Origin: Prorocentrum cordatum
Lineage: Eukaryota
Assembly (NCBI GenBank): GCA_963575745.1
Contig: CAUYUJ010000026.1
Span: 434,001-498,000, forward strand
Reading direction: 5' to 3'
Length of the DNA stretch: 64,000 nt
Part shown: piece after piece, positions 52,048 to 62,799 of the stretch
How the letters are laid out: every line of letters starts with the position of its first letter
Position numbering within the stretch: the stretch's first letter is position 1
The notes under the pieces: model-generated
Seen by the model: only the letters and a program-made list of their open reading frames with translations
Databases searched by the model: none
Told to the model about the DNA's origin: nothing
Translations under genes and position numbers: made by a program

Positions 52048-52332
52048 ATGCTCCCTGCTTGCGCCACCGCGCTCTCCACCGCCCCGCGGGCCCAGCGGCC
52101 TCGGATCTGCGGCTGGTGCGCTGGGCGCCTCGCCGAGGGCGAGAGTTTGGCCCTCGCGGAGGGCGGGACGTTGTTGGAGGTGTGCGAACTGTGCTACCTC
52201 CTCGCACTGGCGCGCCAGGGGGCGCGCGAGGCGCGGCTGGCGCCGCAGGAGCGGGCGCTGCTCGTCGAGCAGGCGCGGTTGCTGGCGGCGCAGATCACGG
52301 CGCTGTCGACCTTGTCGCCTGATGCCGCCTAA
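52048..52332 (+). CDS. Small upstream ORF (94 aa) of the retroelement with a CxxC-x21-CxxC motif
   Basis: ATG at 52048; MLPAC...RICGWC...VCELCYLL...; its 3' end overlaps the gag start. Confidence 0.4.
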   Translation: MLPACATALSTAPRAQRPRICGWCAGRLAEGESLALAEGGTLLEVCELCYLLALARQGAREARLAPQERALLVEQARLLAAQITALSTLSPDAA

Positions 52333-53940
52333 GGCCAAGGGCAAGGCCAAGGCCAAGGCCAAAGGCAAGGCGAAGGCGAAGGCCCTTCCTGCGCCTCTCG
52401 CTGCCGCCCGCGGGCGAAGCGCTGTCCGTGGCGGAAGACGTGGCGCTCGCGGGCGCGTTGGCGCAGCTGCTGGAGCGGCAGGGGCGCCCGTCGGCCTCGG
52501 AGGCGGCCTCGCGCCCGCAGCTGGAGGTGCAGCTGGCGGGGGGGCTGGAGGTGGCGCTGCTGGGGCGCCAGTGGTGCCGGGGCTCGGCGGCTTCCATGGC
52601 CTGCCTGGAGCCGTCGGCGTGGGCGCCGCGGGCGCCCCCCCCCCTGTCCTCGGGGCGCCTGGCGACGGCGCGGGTGGCGGCGGCGGCGGCGGCGTTGAAG
52701 CGGCGCTGGTTGGGGCGCTGGCCGCTGCAGGCGCTGGCGGTGCTGGAGGCGCGGGCGCGCCGCCTGGCGCTGGGCCCGCGGGGCCGGGCGCTGCCCTCGG
52801 CGTGTTGGGAGGCGCGGTCGTCCCGGCTGCGGGGCTGCAGCTTGGCGGGCTCGTCGACGGGGCCTGGACGCAGGCCTCCACCCTCATCGGGGCCAACTGG
52901 AGCCAGGGCCTGGCCGTGGAGCTGCCGACCCACGAGGCGACGGGGGCGAACAGTGGGACCGCGCTGTTCGAGATCGATGAGGTCGGTGTACCAGGTGCTG
53001 GAGGTCAGTATCTCAGCGCGCAGTTCAGGGGCGCGTCGTTGCCCGCCGAGGCGATGCGCTTTGACGGCGCCTTCCCTCCGCGGGGCGGCGGTCCTGCTGG
53101 GCTGCTGCACCTCTGCGCGCAGGTGCCTGCGCGGTGTGGCGAGCCTGCGCAGGCGGGCCGCGCCGTCCTGCACGTGGAGTGGCTGCGGCTGCGCTCGACC
53201 CACGGGCTGGTGGAGCCCTGGGTGCGCCCGAGCGTCTTCGGCGGCCGTGGCGGTGGAGCTGGTCGAGGCGGTCCCTCTCCCATCCCTGGCGGAGCCGCCG
53301 CCGAACGCCTGGCGGCGGCAGCTGCTGCCCGCGCGCTTGCGGTCGGAGGCGGTGGCAGCCGCGGGGTGACAGGCCGCGGCAGGCGTCGGGCTCGCAGTGA
53401 GTCTGGCAGCCGCAGTGATGGCGAAGGCGAGCCGCGTTTTCGCGACGCCCCCTCTCGCGGCGGCAGCGCGCGGCTGCTGGCGGAGAGGCAGCCTGGCGCC
53501 CTCTACGACGAGGCGATGCAGAACATCGCCCGCGTCATGGGCCTGCGGGAGGGGGCGGACGGTTCCGAGACGAGGCCGAAGGTGGTTGGCTATTTGCAGG
53601 CCATCGTGTTCGGCCACCACCCCGTGTCCCAGCTGCGGGTCAACACGGTGCGGGATCTCCAGACCTTGGCGACGGCGCTGGACCAGTTGGAGAGCGGCTC
53701 TCTGCCGCAGCTGAGCGACGCGTGCTGATGCAAAGGTTCAAGGCTCTGGAGCTCTCGCTGTCGAACGCGGGCTGGCAGGTTGCGAGCGAGCTCGAGATCG
53801 TCCCGGACGTGAGGCCGTCGCTGGCGTCGATGGGCGAGCAGGATCTAGCGCGGCGCTCGGCGCTGCTGAGGAGGCGCTTGGAGGAGGCCAAGAGCCGCGG
53901 GGCCTTCGGGGCGCTCGGCCGCGGCCAGGGGCGCGGGTGA
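52322..53940 (+). pseudogene. Gag-like ORF1 of the YR retrotransposon, frameshifted near 53722
   Basis: It is the first long ORF and starts MPPKAKGKAKAKAK. LATALDQLESGSLPQLSD continues after a frameshift into LMQRFKALELSLSNAGWQVASELE, a helical segment resembling ORF1 of dinoflagellate DIRS-like elements. Confidence 0.65.
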
Positions 53941-54417
53941 CCCGAGGGGGGGGGCGCGGGGGGGCCAGCGGCCGCGCTTCCCCTCTCGAGCCGCGCTCCA
54001 GCCAGCGCGGGAGCTCTCGCGCGGCAAGGGCAAGGGTCGAGGTCGCGGGCGTTTCCGCTACTTCCCGCTCCGAGGGAGCAGCCCCGCTCACGCTCCAGGG
54101 TCGCCAGCGGCAGCGCCTCGGGCCGAGGAGGCACCCGCCGCAGCGCCCTCAGGCCCCCGCGCGCGGACTCCGTCTCCCCAGACGGAGCGGACCCCCCGGG
54201 GAGACAGCCCCCACCCGCGCCGAGTTGTGCTAGCGGGGAGCCCCGAGCGCCGCACCTTCAGGCAGGACGAGCCAGCGGCGGCGGCGTCGGCTCCCCAGGG
54301 AGCAGGACGCGGTCGCCCGAGACGCCGCGGCGGCAGGGGACGCAACGCAGGGAGGGCCAACGGCTCGCGGCCCCGCCCGCCTGGCGGCCGCGGGACTGGC
54401 CCCCCGGCGGCGGCGCG

Positions 54418-56254
54418 GTGAAAGCCCGCGGTGACGATGCCCTTGCTGATGACGCCCGGGCCGCAGCAGCCGCTTCGTTGCAGGCTGCTGCGCCGTGCGG
54501 ACCGCCTGGGGCTTCGCCGTCGCGTTCGCTATCTGACCGCTGCGCTGCGACCCCGCTGCAGTTGCCGCCTGCCACTGCTGATGAGAACTCTTCTCGACAC
54601 GATCCACTGGAGGACTGGAGAGAGCTTACTGGGGCTGCTGGTGACTTGGTCCGTGAGCCTTATGACGTGGGCCCGATCCTTCTCAACCTCGTCAAGGATT
54701 TCCCTGGTTCGTTCGGTCGCTACGTCCGCGTCTCCCTCAAACCTCAGCTGCGCGAGCACATGGCCACCATGGGAGGTCGGCTGCAACGTGACTTGCTGCC
54801 GTTACCGTACCCTACCATCGTGAAGACCGACGTCGCGCGCGACGGCGATGACCTTAACGACTTGGACTGGGGGGCGCCCCACTGCAGGCTGGTTGCCACG
54901 GTGCTGGCGCTCAACGGGGAGGCAGGCTTCCGCTCGCTGAAGTTCGCGCGCCTCTGCCGCAGGCGCCCGAGCGCTGCTCAGCGGGCAGCCTTGGCTGCCC
55001 TGGGTCGCCCCCTGTACCTGGCGACGCGCATCGAGACCAGCCTGCCTGCAGAGCTCAACTGGGAGGACCGCCTGAAGGACCGCAAGATCGGCTACGGCGG
55101 CGCCGAGATCACCGCGCCTCATGTGCTGACCGTGGAGCAGGTGCTGGACGGCTTGCCGCCGCCTGGGGTTGCGGCCTCGATTGAGGCTGCCGAGGTCGCG
55201 ACGGGCTTCGTGCGCGACTCGTTGCTGGGCTCTGGGCTGGTGCTGCTGCCGCCTGCGCTGAGCCGTGCGGCGCCGACTTCGGTGCGGGCCCACGACGCCC
55301 CTGTCAAGTGCGAGGACGGGGTGCTGAGGCCCGTGCTCAGGCTCATCTCCAATCTGGTCCCGTCGAACGCCTGCCAAGAGTGCATCATTGGCGACGCGCC
55401 CGAGATGCCGACGATGAGCCAGCTGAACGGCCTGGTCTTGACGGAGTCTGAGGACTTGGTGTGGAGCGGCGCCGACATGAAGGCCTTCTTCTACGCCTTC
55501 CGCGCGCCGCCGCCGTGGTGGCCGTACATGGGGATTGGGCCGCCAGCGCCGTCGCGCCTACTGGGTCTCAAGGACGGCGGCACTACCCACATCTGCCTGC
55601 GCGTGATCGGCATGGGCTGGTTCAGCGCGGCGGGGGTCACGACTCATCTTCATCGCGACACACTGCGTCGCAGCAGCGCGGTGCCTCGCGGCCTGTGCCC
55701 CGGCTTGGAGATTACCCGGCGCCGCCGCCTGCCGCTTGGTGCAGAGAAGCCCTGCCCGCCTGCCTGGATGATGATCGACAACTTAGAGATCGCCGAGGCC
55801 GTCGACAAATCTGAGGCCGACAAAGCTGCGCGGGACGGTCCCCGAGCTGCTGTCTGACGCCCGTGCCTGCTACGAGGCCACGAGGTCGCCTGGGTCCCCA
55901 GGCAAGGACCTGCACCGCGTGGTGCGCGCTACCACGCTGGGCGAGCTTGTTGATGGCGTTGAAGGTGTCCGTCGGCCGCCGGCGGGATACATTGCTGCGA
56001 AGGCCAATTTCGCGCTCTGGGTTCTGGGCAAGAGGCGGGCCAGCATGCAATTGAAACGTGTTCTTCCTGGGCGCTGGGGTCGCGGGCACTGCGTCCGCCG
56101 CCCTCTGGCCGCAAGCTTCGCTTACACTTGGGAGTGGCTCAACGACCCGCGCTGTGGAGGCCGCTTCAGCGTGAGCGTGATCGAGGACTTGCTGATGTGC
56201 CTGGCCTTGTCGGGGCTCTGCGTGGTCGACATGAGGCTCGAGGTCGACCACCTG
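54418..56254 (+). pseudogene. Reverse transcriptase (DIRS-type) and tether region, frameshifted near 55830-55920
   Basis: Motifs RLISNLVPSN, WSGADMKAFFYAF, LRVIGMGWFSA and a degenerate YxDD-equivalent MIDN; the downstream frame has TTLGELVDG...GRW...RRPL. Confidence 0.85.
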
Positions 56255-56300
56255 GTGGCGGCCTCGGACGCGTCGGAGGCCGCTGGAGCCGTGGTGTACA
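56255..56300 (+). pseudogene. RNase H N-terminal catalytic strand (SDAS motif)
   Basis: VAASDASEAAGAVV is the DIRS-type (T/S)DAS motif. A TACA duplication at 56297-56304 shifts the frame; removing it reads into STALTERG and the DNMT. Confidence 0.8.
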
Positions 56301-56384
56301 TACAGCACGGCGCTTACCGAGCGCGGGCGCGTCGTCGCGGGCAGGCGCCAGCGGCCCGCGAACGCCGCCCGCGAGGAGGAGACC

Positions 56385-57383
56385 GCCCTGATCACCGTCT
56401 TTGACGGCATCGGCGGCGGGCGCGGAGCCTTCGTGATACTGGGCCTGGTACCAGCGGTTCGCCTGTCGTTTGAGGTTGACCCGCAGGCGGTCCGCGTTGC
56501 GCGGCGCGCTTATCCTGACACGCAGCACCTCGGGGATGTTACATCTGCTGACCCCGCTGCCTTGGCTAGCCTACTGCGGGCCCGCGGCCGCATCGCCCGC
56601 GCGGTGATCATCGGCGGCTTCCCGTGCCAGATCTACACGAGCTTGAACGTCGACCGCAAGGGCTCGTCGGACTCGCGCGCCTCGCTGGTCGATCACATGG
56701 CGAGGGTCATCCGAGGTCTGCGTGCAGCCATGCCCGAGGTGAGCGTTGACTTCCTTGGCAACAATGTTGCATCAATGGCCGAGTCCGACGTCCTTCACCT
56801 CAGCGGGTTGTTCGAGCGGACCCCCTTGGAGGTTGAGGCTGGTGACGTCGGCTGGGTGAGGCGTCCTCGTCTCTCCTGCCCGTCCTGGGACTTGCTGCCG
56901 TCGTACGAGGCCAAGACCGTGATGGTGCTGACCAAGGACGGGGCCTCTCGCCGCCTGTGCCGCGCGTCGCTGGAGGTGGAGCGCCCGCCGCTGGAGGAGT
57001 GGCTGCCGGCTGGCGCGCGCTGTCCTGGAGCGGAGGGGGACGCGCCCCTCCCAACGCTCGCTCGTTGGACTCTGCACTCGCAGCCGCGCCCCAGGCCCGC
57101 GGGCATCGGGGAGTGCACGGCTGCTGAGATAATGCGCTGGGAGGAGGCGGCCTTCGCGGCGCCGCCCTACCAGTTCCGTGACAAGTGGTGCATTCATTGG
57201 CCTGACGGACGGATCGCGCCTCCTGGCGCGGTGATGAGGGAGAAGCTGATGGGCTTCGCCGAAGGCCACACCGTGCCGTGCAGGACCAGCAGTGAGGCGG
57301 AGGCCGAGCCCGTCAAGTACGAGGGATTGAGGCGTTCGCTGGTCGGCAACTCGTTCCAGTGCGTGGTGGTGGCGTGGCTGCTG
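56385..57383 (+). CDS. DNMT3-like C5 cytosine DNA methyltransferase domain within the retroelement pol
   Basis: Motif I FDGIGG (56400-56417, in frame upstream of the track ORF), EVDP, GDV, motif IV GGFPCQ (56613-56630), motif VI FLGNNVASM (ENV altered), motif VIII RRPRL, motif IX EKLMGFAEGHT, motif X RRSLVGNSF. Confidence 0.92.
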
Positions 57384-57632
57384 GCGCACTGGGCTGTCGC
57401 TGCTGGGCTGCTGGTGGCGGTGCCGCCGTTCTCCGAGCTGCACGAGAGCGCTCGGGCCTGGGTTGGCGGGCGCAAGCTGTGGGCTGGCGACGTCACCTCG
57501 CTGCGACGCAGCCGTGCGAAGGTCGGCTCGGAGGTCTGCGGCGAGCTGGTGGCCCGCAGCGCAGCCGCATCGAGCGAACGCCAGCGGGCGGGTGAGCGGC
57601 CCGCCGCGGCGGCGCCGGCGACGGGCGGCAGC

Positions 57633-57866
57633 CTCGTCTACGTCGTGCGCGGCTCACGGCGCTGGAGCCTCGCCCCGTCCTGTTTCGGCAACCCGTTCGC
57701 AGTGAGCCCGAGCTACTCCCGCGAGGACGCGGTGGCGCTGTTTGCTGGATGGCCGCGCGGCCAGCCCGAGCTGCTTCGCCACCTGGGGGACTTGCGTGGG
57801 GCCAAGCTGGTTGGCCACTGCAATCAGTCCGAGACATGTGATGCAGATGTGTTGCTTGCAGAGCTG
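57633..57866 (+). CDS. DUF4326-like domain, in frame after the DNMT
   Basis: LVYVVRG...SCFGNPF...REDAVALF..W...LLRHLGDLRGAKLVGHC...CDADVL fits the DUF4326 pattern VYIGR..S.WGNPF..R..A...L.GK.L.C.C...CHADVL. Confidence 0.72.
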
Positions 57867-58021
57867 GCCAGACAGGATGCTACGTCTTGGCGTGATCCGG
57901 ATGTCTCGCGTGAGCTGGTGACTAGTCTTGCGATGGCGTGCCACGGTGATGGTGCGAACCTTCATTGTGACAAAAGCTCTGAGGAGCAGGTCTTTGGCAG
58001 TGGCGTAAGGCACGAGAGCTG

Positions 58022-58321
58022 GTGTGGGATCTCCCTGAACATATCCATGTGCTGGAGTGCCAGGGAGCGCTGATGATGATTCGATGGCGTGCTCAAGCTT
58101 TGGGCCGACAGCAGCGAGTCTTCTTGCACCTCCTCGACAGCATGGTCAACGTCGGTGCGCTCTCGAAGCGCCGCCCCAGCAGCAGTCAGCTCAGCAAGGT
58201 TGCGCGCAGCTTCTCGGCCTGTGAGCTAGCGATGGGCGCGCGGGCGGTGTTCAGCTTCACCTCATCAGCTCGGAACCCCGCGGGCGCGCCGTCGCGCCTG
58301 AAGCATGGGGAAGCAATCTAG
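58022..58321 (+). pseudogene. RNase H C-terminal part (DIRS-type)
   Basis: EHIHVLE, LHLLDSMV, LSKRRPSS and NPAGAPSR (canonical NPADxPSR); out of frame with the upstream DNMT/DUF4326 ORF. Confidence 0.85.
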
Positions 58322-59246
58322 CCCCGCCGACAGGCGCACAACCAGAGCTGGCCTTGGGAAGCTGCGGGATGCCCGGATCGGCGCTGCCACTCTCGCCAGA
58401 TATCGCCGGGCAGCCCAGCAGTTTGTTGACTACCTTAACGCCATGAGTCTGCCGTTGCCGTTCAGTTGGGAAGACATGGATGTCACATTACAAGACTACC
58501 TTGAATACTTGTGGGCCGAGGGTGCCACTAAAGGTCAAGCTAACGATACACTGAGTGGAGTACAGCACCTGTTGAGGACGCGCCGGCAGTGCCCAGGCGC
58601 GTGGAGATTGCTGTCAGTCTGGGGGCGCCTAGAGGTGCCGCAGCGTGCGCCACCGATGCCGCCGCTGGTGTGCAGCGCGCTCGCAGGCTGGGCGCTGGGC
58701 CGCGGAGAGATCGCCTTCGCCGCGACGATCCTCGCCGGCTTCCACCTCTGCCTTCGGACAGGCGAGGCTCTCGGCCTCTCCAGCGGCGTCATTCAGCTCA
58801 AGCCTTGCGGCAGAGGCGTGGTGTCGTTGCCCTGGACTAAGACAGCCTGTCAGAAGGGAGCACGAGAGACGGTGACGCTGGATGACCCGCTCGTAGGAGC
58901 AGTCGTCCATATGCAGCTGCAGCGTGACGGCCGTCCGTGGCCCTCGCCTCCTCGTGCCTTTCATTTGCTTTTTCGCACTGGCCTTCGAGAGATTGGTTGC
59001 GCGCATCTCGGCCTCGTCCCGTATAGTTTGCGTGGAGGCGGAGCTACGCACGAATATTTGTTCTCAGGCGACTTGCCTAAAGTGATGCTTCGAGGTCGTT
59101 GGAGCTCAATGAGGACAGCAAAGATTTATATTCAAGATGGGGCCGCAATTTTGGCCGAGATGCGATTTCAGCCTGCCGCCCGTTCCTCGTTCCAGACCTT
59201 CTCAGATACCTTGATTGCCCGTGTTCGGGCGCATTGTAGCAAATAA
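58305..59246 (+). CDS. Tyrosine recombinase of the retroelement (313 aa, intact ORF)
   Basis: TLARYRRA N-terminal helix, LCLRTGE (catalytic R), LPWTKT (K), PYSLRGGGAT, RGRWSS...AKIYI (W, catalytic Y); overlaps the RNase H end. Confidence 0.93.
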   Translation: MGKQSSPADRRTTRAGLGKLRDARIGAATLARYRRAAQQFVDYLNAMSLPLPFSWEDMDVTLQDYLEYLWAEGATKGQANDTLSGVQHLLRTRRQCPGAWRLLSVWGRLEVPQRAPPMPPLVCSALAGWALGRGEIAFAATILAGFHLCLRTGEALGLSSGVIQLKPCGRGVVSLPWTKTACQKGARETVTLDDPLVGAVVHMQLQRDGRPWPSPPRAFHLLFRTGLREIGCAHLGLVPYSLRGGGATHEYLFSGDLPKVMLRGRWSSMRTAKIYIQDGAAILAEMRFQPAARSSFQTFSDTLIARVRAHCSK

Positions 59247-59358
59247 CCTCGAATCTAGGCCAGGTGCGACTCTCCAGGGAGCTTGTGGGCGGCTTTCAGC
59301 CATATTTCGGAACACCTTGGAGAGCTTTTTGGAGAGCTTTTCGGGTGTTCTTGGAGTG

Positions 59359-59678
59359 GAGAGCTTCTCTCGGGCTTTTGGGCACAGCGTGGTGCGAGTC
59401 TGCTCCCTCTCGAGGCCCACTTGGGACGGCGTTCTGACCCCGGTCGTTGGACGACGGTGGTACACTTGAGGTGTGATTCCTGCCGTGGCCTCGGGGTGAG
59501 TCTTGGGGCTCGCACATGCTGGTGCCGTTGTCCCGAGGCATTCGAAGCTCTGTCAACAGCTTTGGCCAACGAGTAGAGGGAGTAAGAAGGGGCGAAGCCC
59601 AGGGTGAGTGTTCAACGTGAGTTGTGGCTCCCCCTTTATTCCCGATGAGCTACCGCTCTAACCCCCGCCTGCACACAC
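59359..59678 (+). repeat. Split direct repeat B1 (320 bp)
   Basis: Matches 59839-60158 at an exact offset of 480 bp; about 6 mismatches counted by eye. Confidence 0.95.
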
Positions 59679-59762
59679 ATGAACACGTTTACGGTCAATG
59701 TGTGGGCAAAGGGGTAATGAGCGAACGTTGGCCGCATCAGAATGCATGGCAGCCTTTGTGGC
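59679..59762 (+). repeat. Split direct repeat A2 (84 bp)
   Basis: Copy of 51943-52026, directly abutting B1. Confidence 0.95.
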
Positions 59763-59838
59763 CCGCCCACATCCGCCCTGTGCCATGCCGTCCAGGCATC
59801 TTCTCTGCCTGGCCGTTCTGCCTCGTTCAGCGTCTCGC

Positions 59839-60151
59839 GAGAGCTTCTCTCGGGCTTCGGGGCACAGCGTGGTGCGAGTCTGCTCCCTCTCGAGGCCCAC
59901 TTGGGACGGCGTTCTGACCCCGGTCGTTGGACGACGGTGGTACACTTGAGGTGTGATTCCTGCCGTGGCCTCGGGGTGAGTCATGGGGCTCGCACATGCT
60001 GGTGCCGTTGTCTCGAGGCATTCGAAGCTCTGTCAACAGCTTTGGCCAACGAGTAGAGGGAGTGAGAAGGGGCGAAGCCCAGAGTGAGTGTTCAACGTGA
60101 GTTGTGGCTCCCCCTTTATTCCCGATGAGCTACCGCTCTAACCCCCGCCTG

Positions 60152-60158
<7 letters not shown>
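59839..60158 (+). repeat. Split direct repeat B2 (320 bp), right end of the element
   Basis: Copy of 59359-59678; runs into a (CA)n(TA)n microsatellite. Confidence 0.95.
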
Positions 60159-60193
<35 letters not shown>

Positions 60194-61728
60194 CATATGT
60201 ATACTTATGTGTGTGAGGTTTGGATGTATGCATTGCCTTCATTTCAGCAGGAAGATGCGTGCACGAGTGTACGCGACGCCGCAGGGGCAATAGTACAACA
60301 TTGACAGCCAGTCGCCGTCCATCCACTTAGTGGATGGAAGCTCTGAAGAAGGACTGCCCGCGAGACCGAGGCGAGAGCTCGGTTTCTCGAGAAATATGAA
60401 GCTGCCACTCTTCATCCCTGTAGCCATTGGATGTTCTTTGGGGCTTCAGGATGGCTGTGAGGAGGTCCCCTGGTGGATCTCTCAGCAGCCCACCCTGCCA
60501 ATACGTCTGGCGCTGAGACAGGGAGTACGAAGGGGAGGATTACGAAGGGAGAGGGAAGGAGGAAAAAGAGACAGGCTGGGGGAGGGAACAAGAGCGATGG
60601 ACGGGGATGCGGGTGAGGTGGGGCATGGCTTTCAGGCGATCCTAATTGTTGGGGAATCGTATCCGGGAAGGGGGAGGATAGGCGACGGAGGACAAGGAGG
60701 TGAGTGGGTTGAGCAGGAGAAGGAGGGAGAGGGGGCGGACAACTGATTGGATTCCCTCTCAACCTTTCAGATCAAGCTAACACCGTCAAAGCATTATTTC
60801 CCTCCGCCTCGCCCTCCTTCAGCACAGTGGAAAGGAGCCTGCCTGCAAACAGGCCACCCCCATGGAAATGTCTTACACCCTTGCGGTGCGGGAGGCGCAT
60901 TGGGATTCTGGGTCCCCTCACGAGGTTCCCCTGGAGGTCTCACTGCCGGATTTCTCCTGGTCACCCTCGAGCACCTCTTCCTCCCTCTCCCCCGAGTTGC
61001 CATGAAGGACAAGGGTTCCCCAGGGAGACGGGACCTAGATCCGGGGCCTTCCTCCAGGACCAGCTTCTCATCCTCGAGCGTTTTGTTGACGGCCCCCGGG
61101 CCCGTGGAGAGCCCGTGGAGGGCCCAGAAGCAACAGACAGCCACCAGGACCCCCTCATGGTAGGTCCCTCGAGTGCCGTATCACGCGGTGGCCCCCAGTG
61201 CTACAGAGGCCCCGCCCCCGGAGGCAGAGAGCCAGGACGCAGTTCGGGGCTCAAGAGACACGGAGGTCACTCCGATCGGGGGTCGGTCAGAGCGCCGGGT
61301 CTTGCAGGATTCTGCAGGGCCAGGGTTGCATCGACTCGGCTCGGGTGCGGGACCCTGCAGAATGTTGCAGGATCCTGCAAAGCTTAGCAGCTTGACTGAC
61401 CTGGGCTTGGATTGACCCGGTCAGTAGATCCCCGAAACAGTTTGCTGCCGTGATCTGTCCGCGTCGACGGGAGAAGTGGGGCTCCTGCGCGATGGCAGGC
61501 GATCCGTAAGGTGAGCACCCCGCTCAGGGCGCTCAGGGCCCCCGTGGCCCCGCGCCACCTCCCGGGGGGGCGGGGGGGCGGCGGCCCACGGTGGAGCGTT
61601 CGCCTCTTGGTGCAGCGGAACTCGCTCCTTGCGCGGTCGCGGGAGGGTGGGGGTGGAGTGGGGGGGGGGGCGGGGAGGAGCAGGAGGAGGAGGCTTGCTG
61701 CTGGGGGTCCGTGCCCCCGAAGCTCAGA

Positions 61729-62053
<325 letters not shown>

Positions 62054-62799
62054 TCGACTTGCTGCGTGGTCGCAGGAGGAGGGCCCAAGCATTTGGCGGA
62101 TGGAGTTTTGTCACCAGTCGTGCCTTTTCGGTTCCGACATCCGGGGGGCAGTTTCCGGACCTCGGGTGCATCACAATTATTCTGGGCTGGAAAGAGATTT
62201 CTGGGGATGTGGATTCCCCCAGAGGCTATACATCGGGTGTCTGGGGGTGGCGGAGGGTTCTCAGGAGATCTCCAGGACTTCTGAGGGCTGAAGCGGAGAG
62301 CGAGACGGAGGAGAAGGAGGAGGAGGGGGAGGTGAAGGAGGAGGAGGAGGAGGAGGAGGAGCAAGGAAGGCAGGAGGAGGAAGGAGAGGGGAGGGAAGAA
62401 GGCCTCCCTGTGTCATCCCCCCCGTCGTCGCGCTCGTCGGCCCCACCAACGGCCACAACGAGCCATTTTCCGAAAGATCCCCTCCCTGCCGCACGGCAGA
62501 GAGGGGGTACAGGCTTCGGGGCAGTACAGACCGAAAAACAGCCGTCAGCAGCAGCAGCAGCACCAGTGGGAGGAAGGAGGAAGGAGGAGGATTAAGAGGA
62601 ACGGGAGGAGGAGCAGAGTTCTGAGTGAAGGAGCTTCCCTGGGCAGGACTGGCCTGCAGGGTTGGTCGGAGATCCGGCTGCTTGACCGGACATGATTACC
62701 CTGAGCCCCCCCCGCCAGACATCATTACCGGGATGCCGCGGCCATCGCCTTCGAAGGGACATGCGTTGAGCCTCTTCCGTTTCCTGGCGGCGCGCCGAC

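Larger units (their letters stand above)
51943..60158 (+). mobile_element. Tyrosine-recombinase (DIRS-order, Ngaro/PAT-type split direct repeat) retrotransposon carrying a C5 DNA methyltransferase; full length, with several frameshifts
   Basis: Repeats are arranged A1(51943-52026)...B1(59359-59678)-A2(59679-59762)-76 bp spacer-B2(59839-60158). They enclose gag-like, RT, RNase H, DNMT and YR coding regions on one strand. Confidence 0.93.

Noticed and set aside
52295..53620. Long antisense ORFs over the retroelement and the HEAT exons
   Set aside because: Expected shadows of GC-rich codon usage on the sense strand; no motifs.
56385..59246. Prokaryotic restriction-modification system or prophage integrase island
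   Set aside because: The MTase and recombinase sit with RT, RNase H and split direct repeats, which defines a DIRS-order retrotransposon; no restriction enzyme is visible.
59359..60158. CpG-deamination signature from self-methylation in the repeat pairs
   Set aside because: Only about 7 mismatches across the A and B pairs, just one a clear CpG transition; too few to support the claim.
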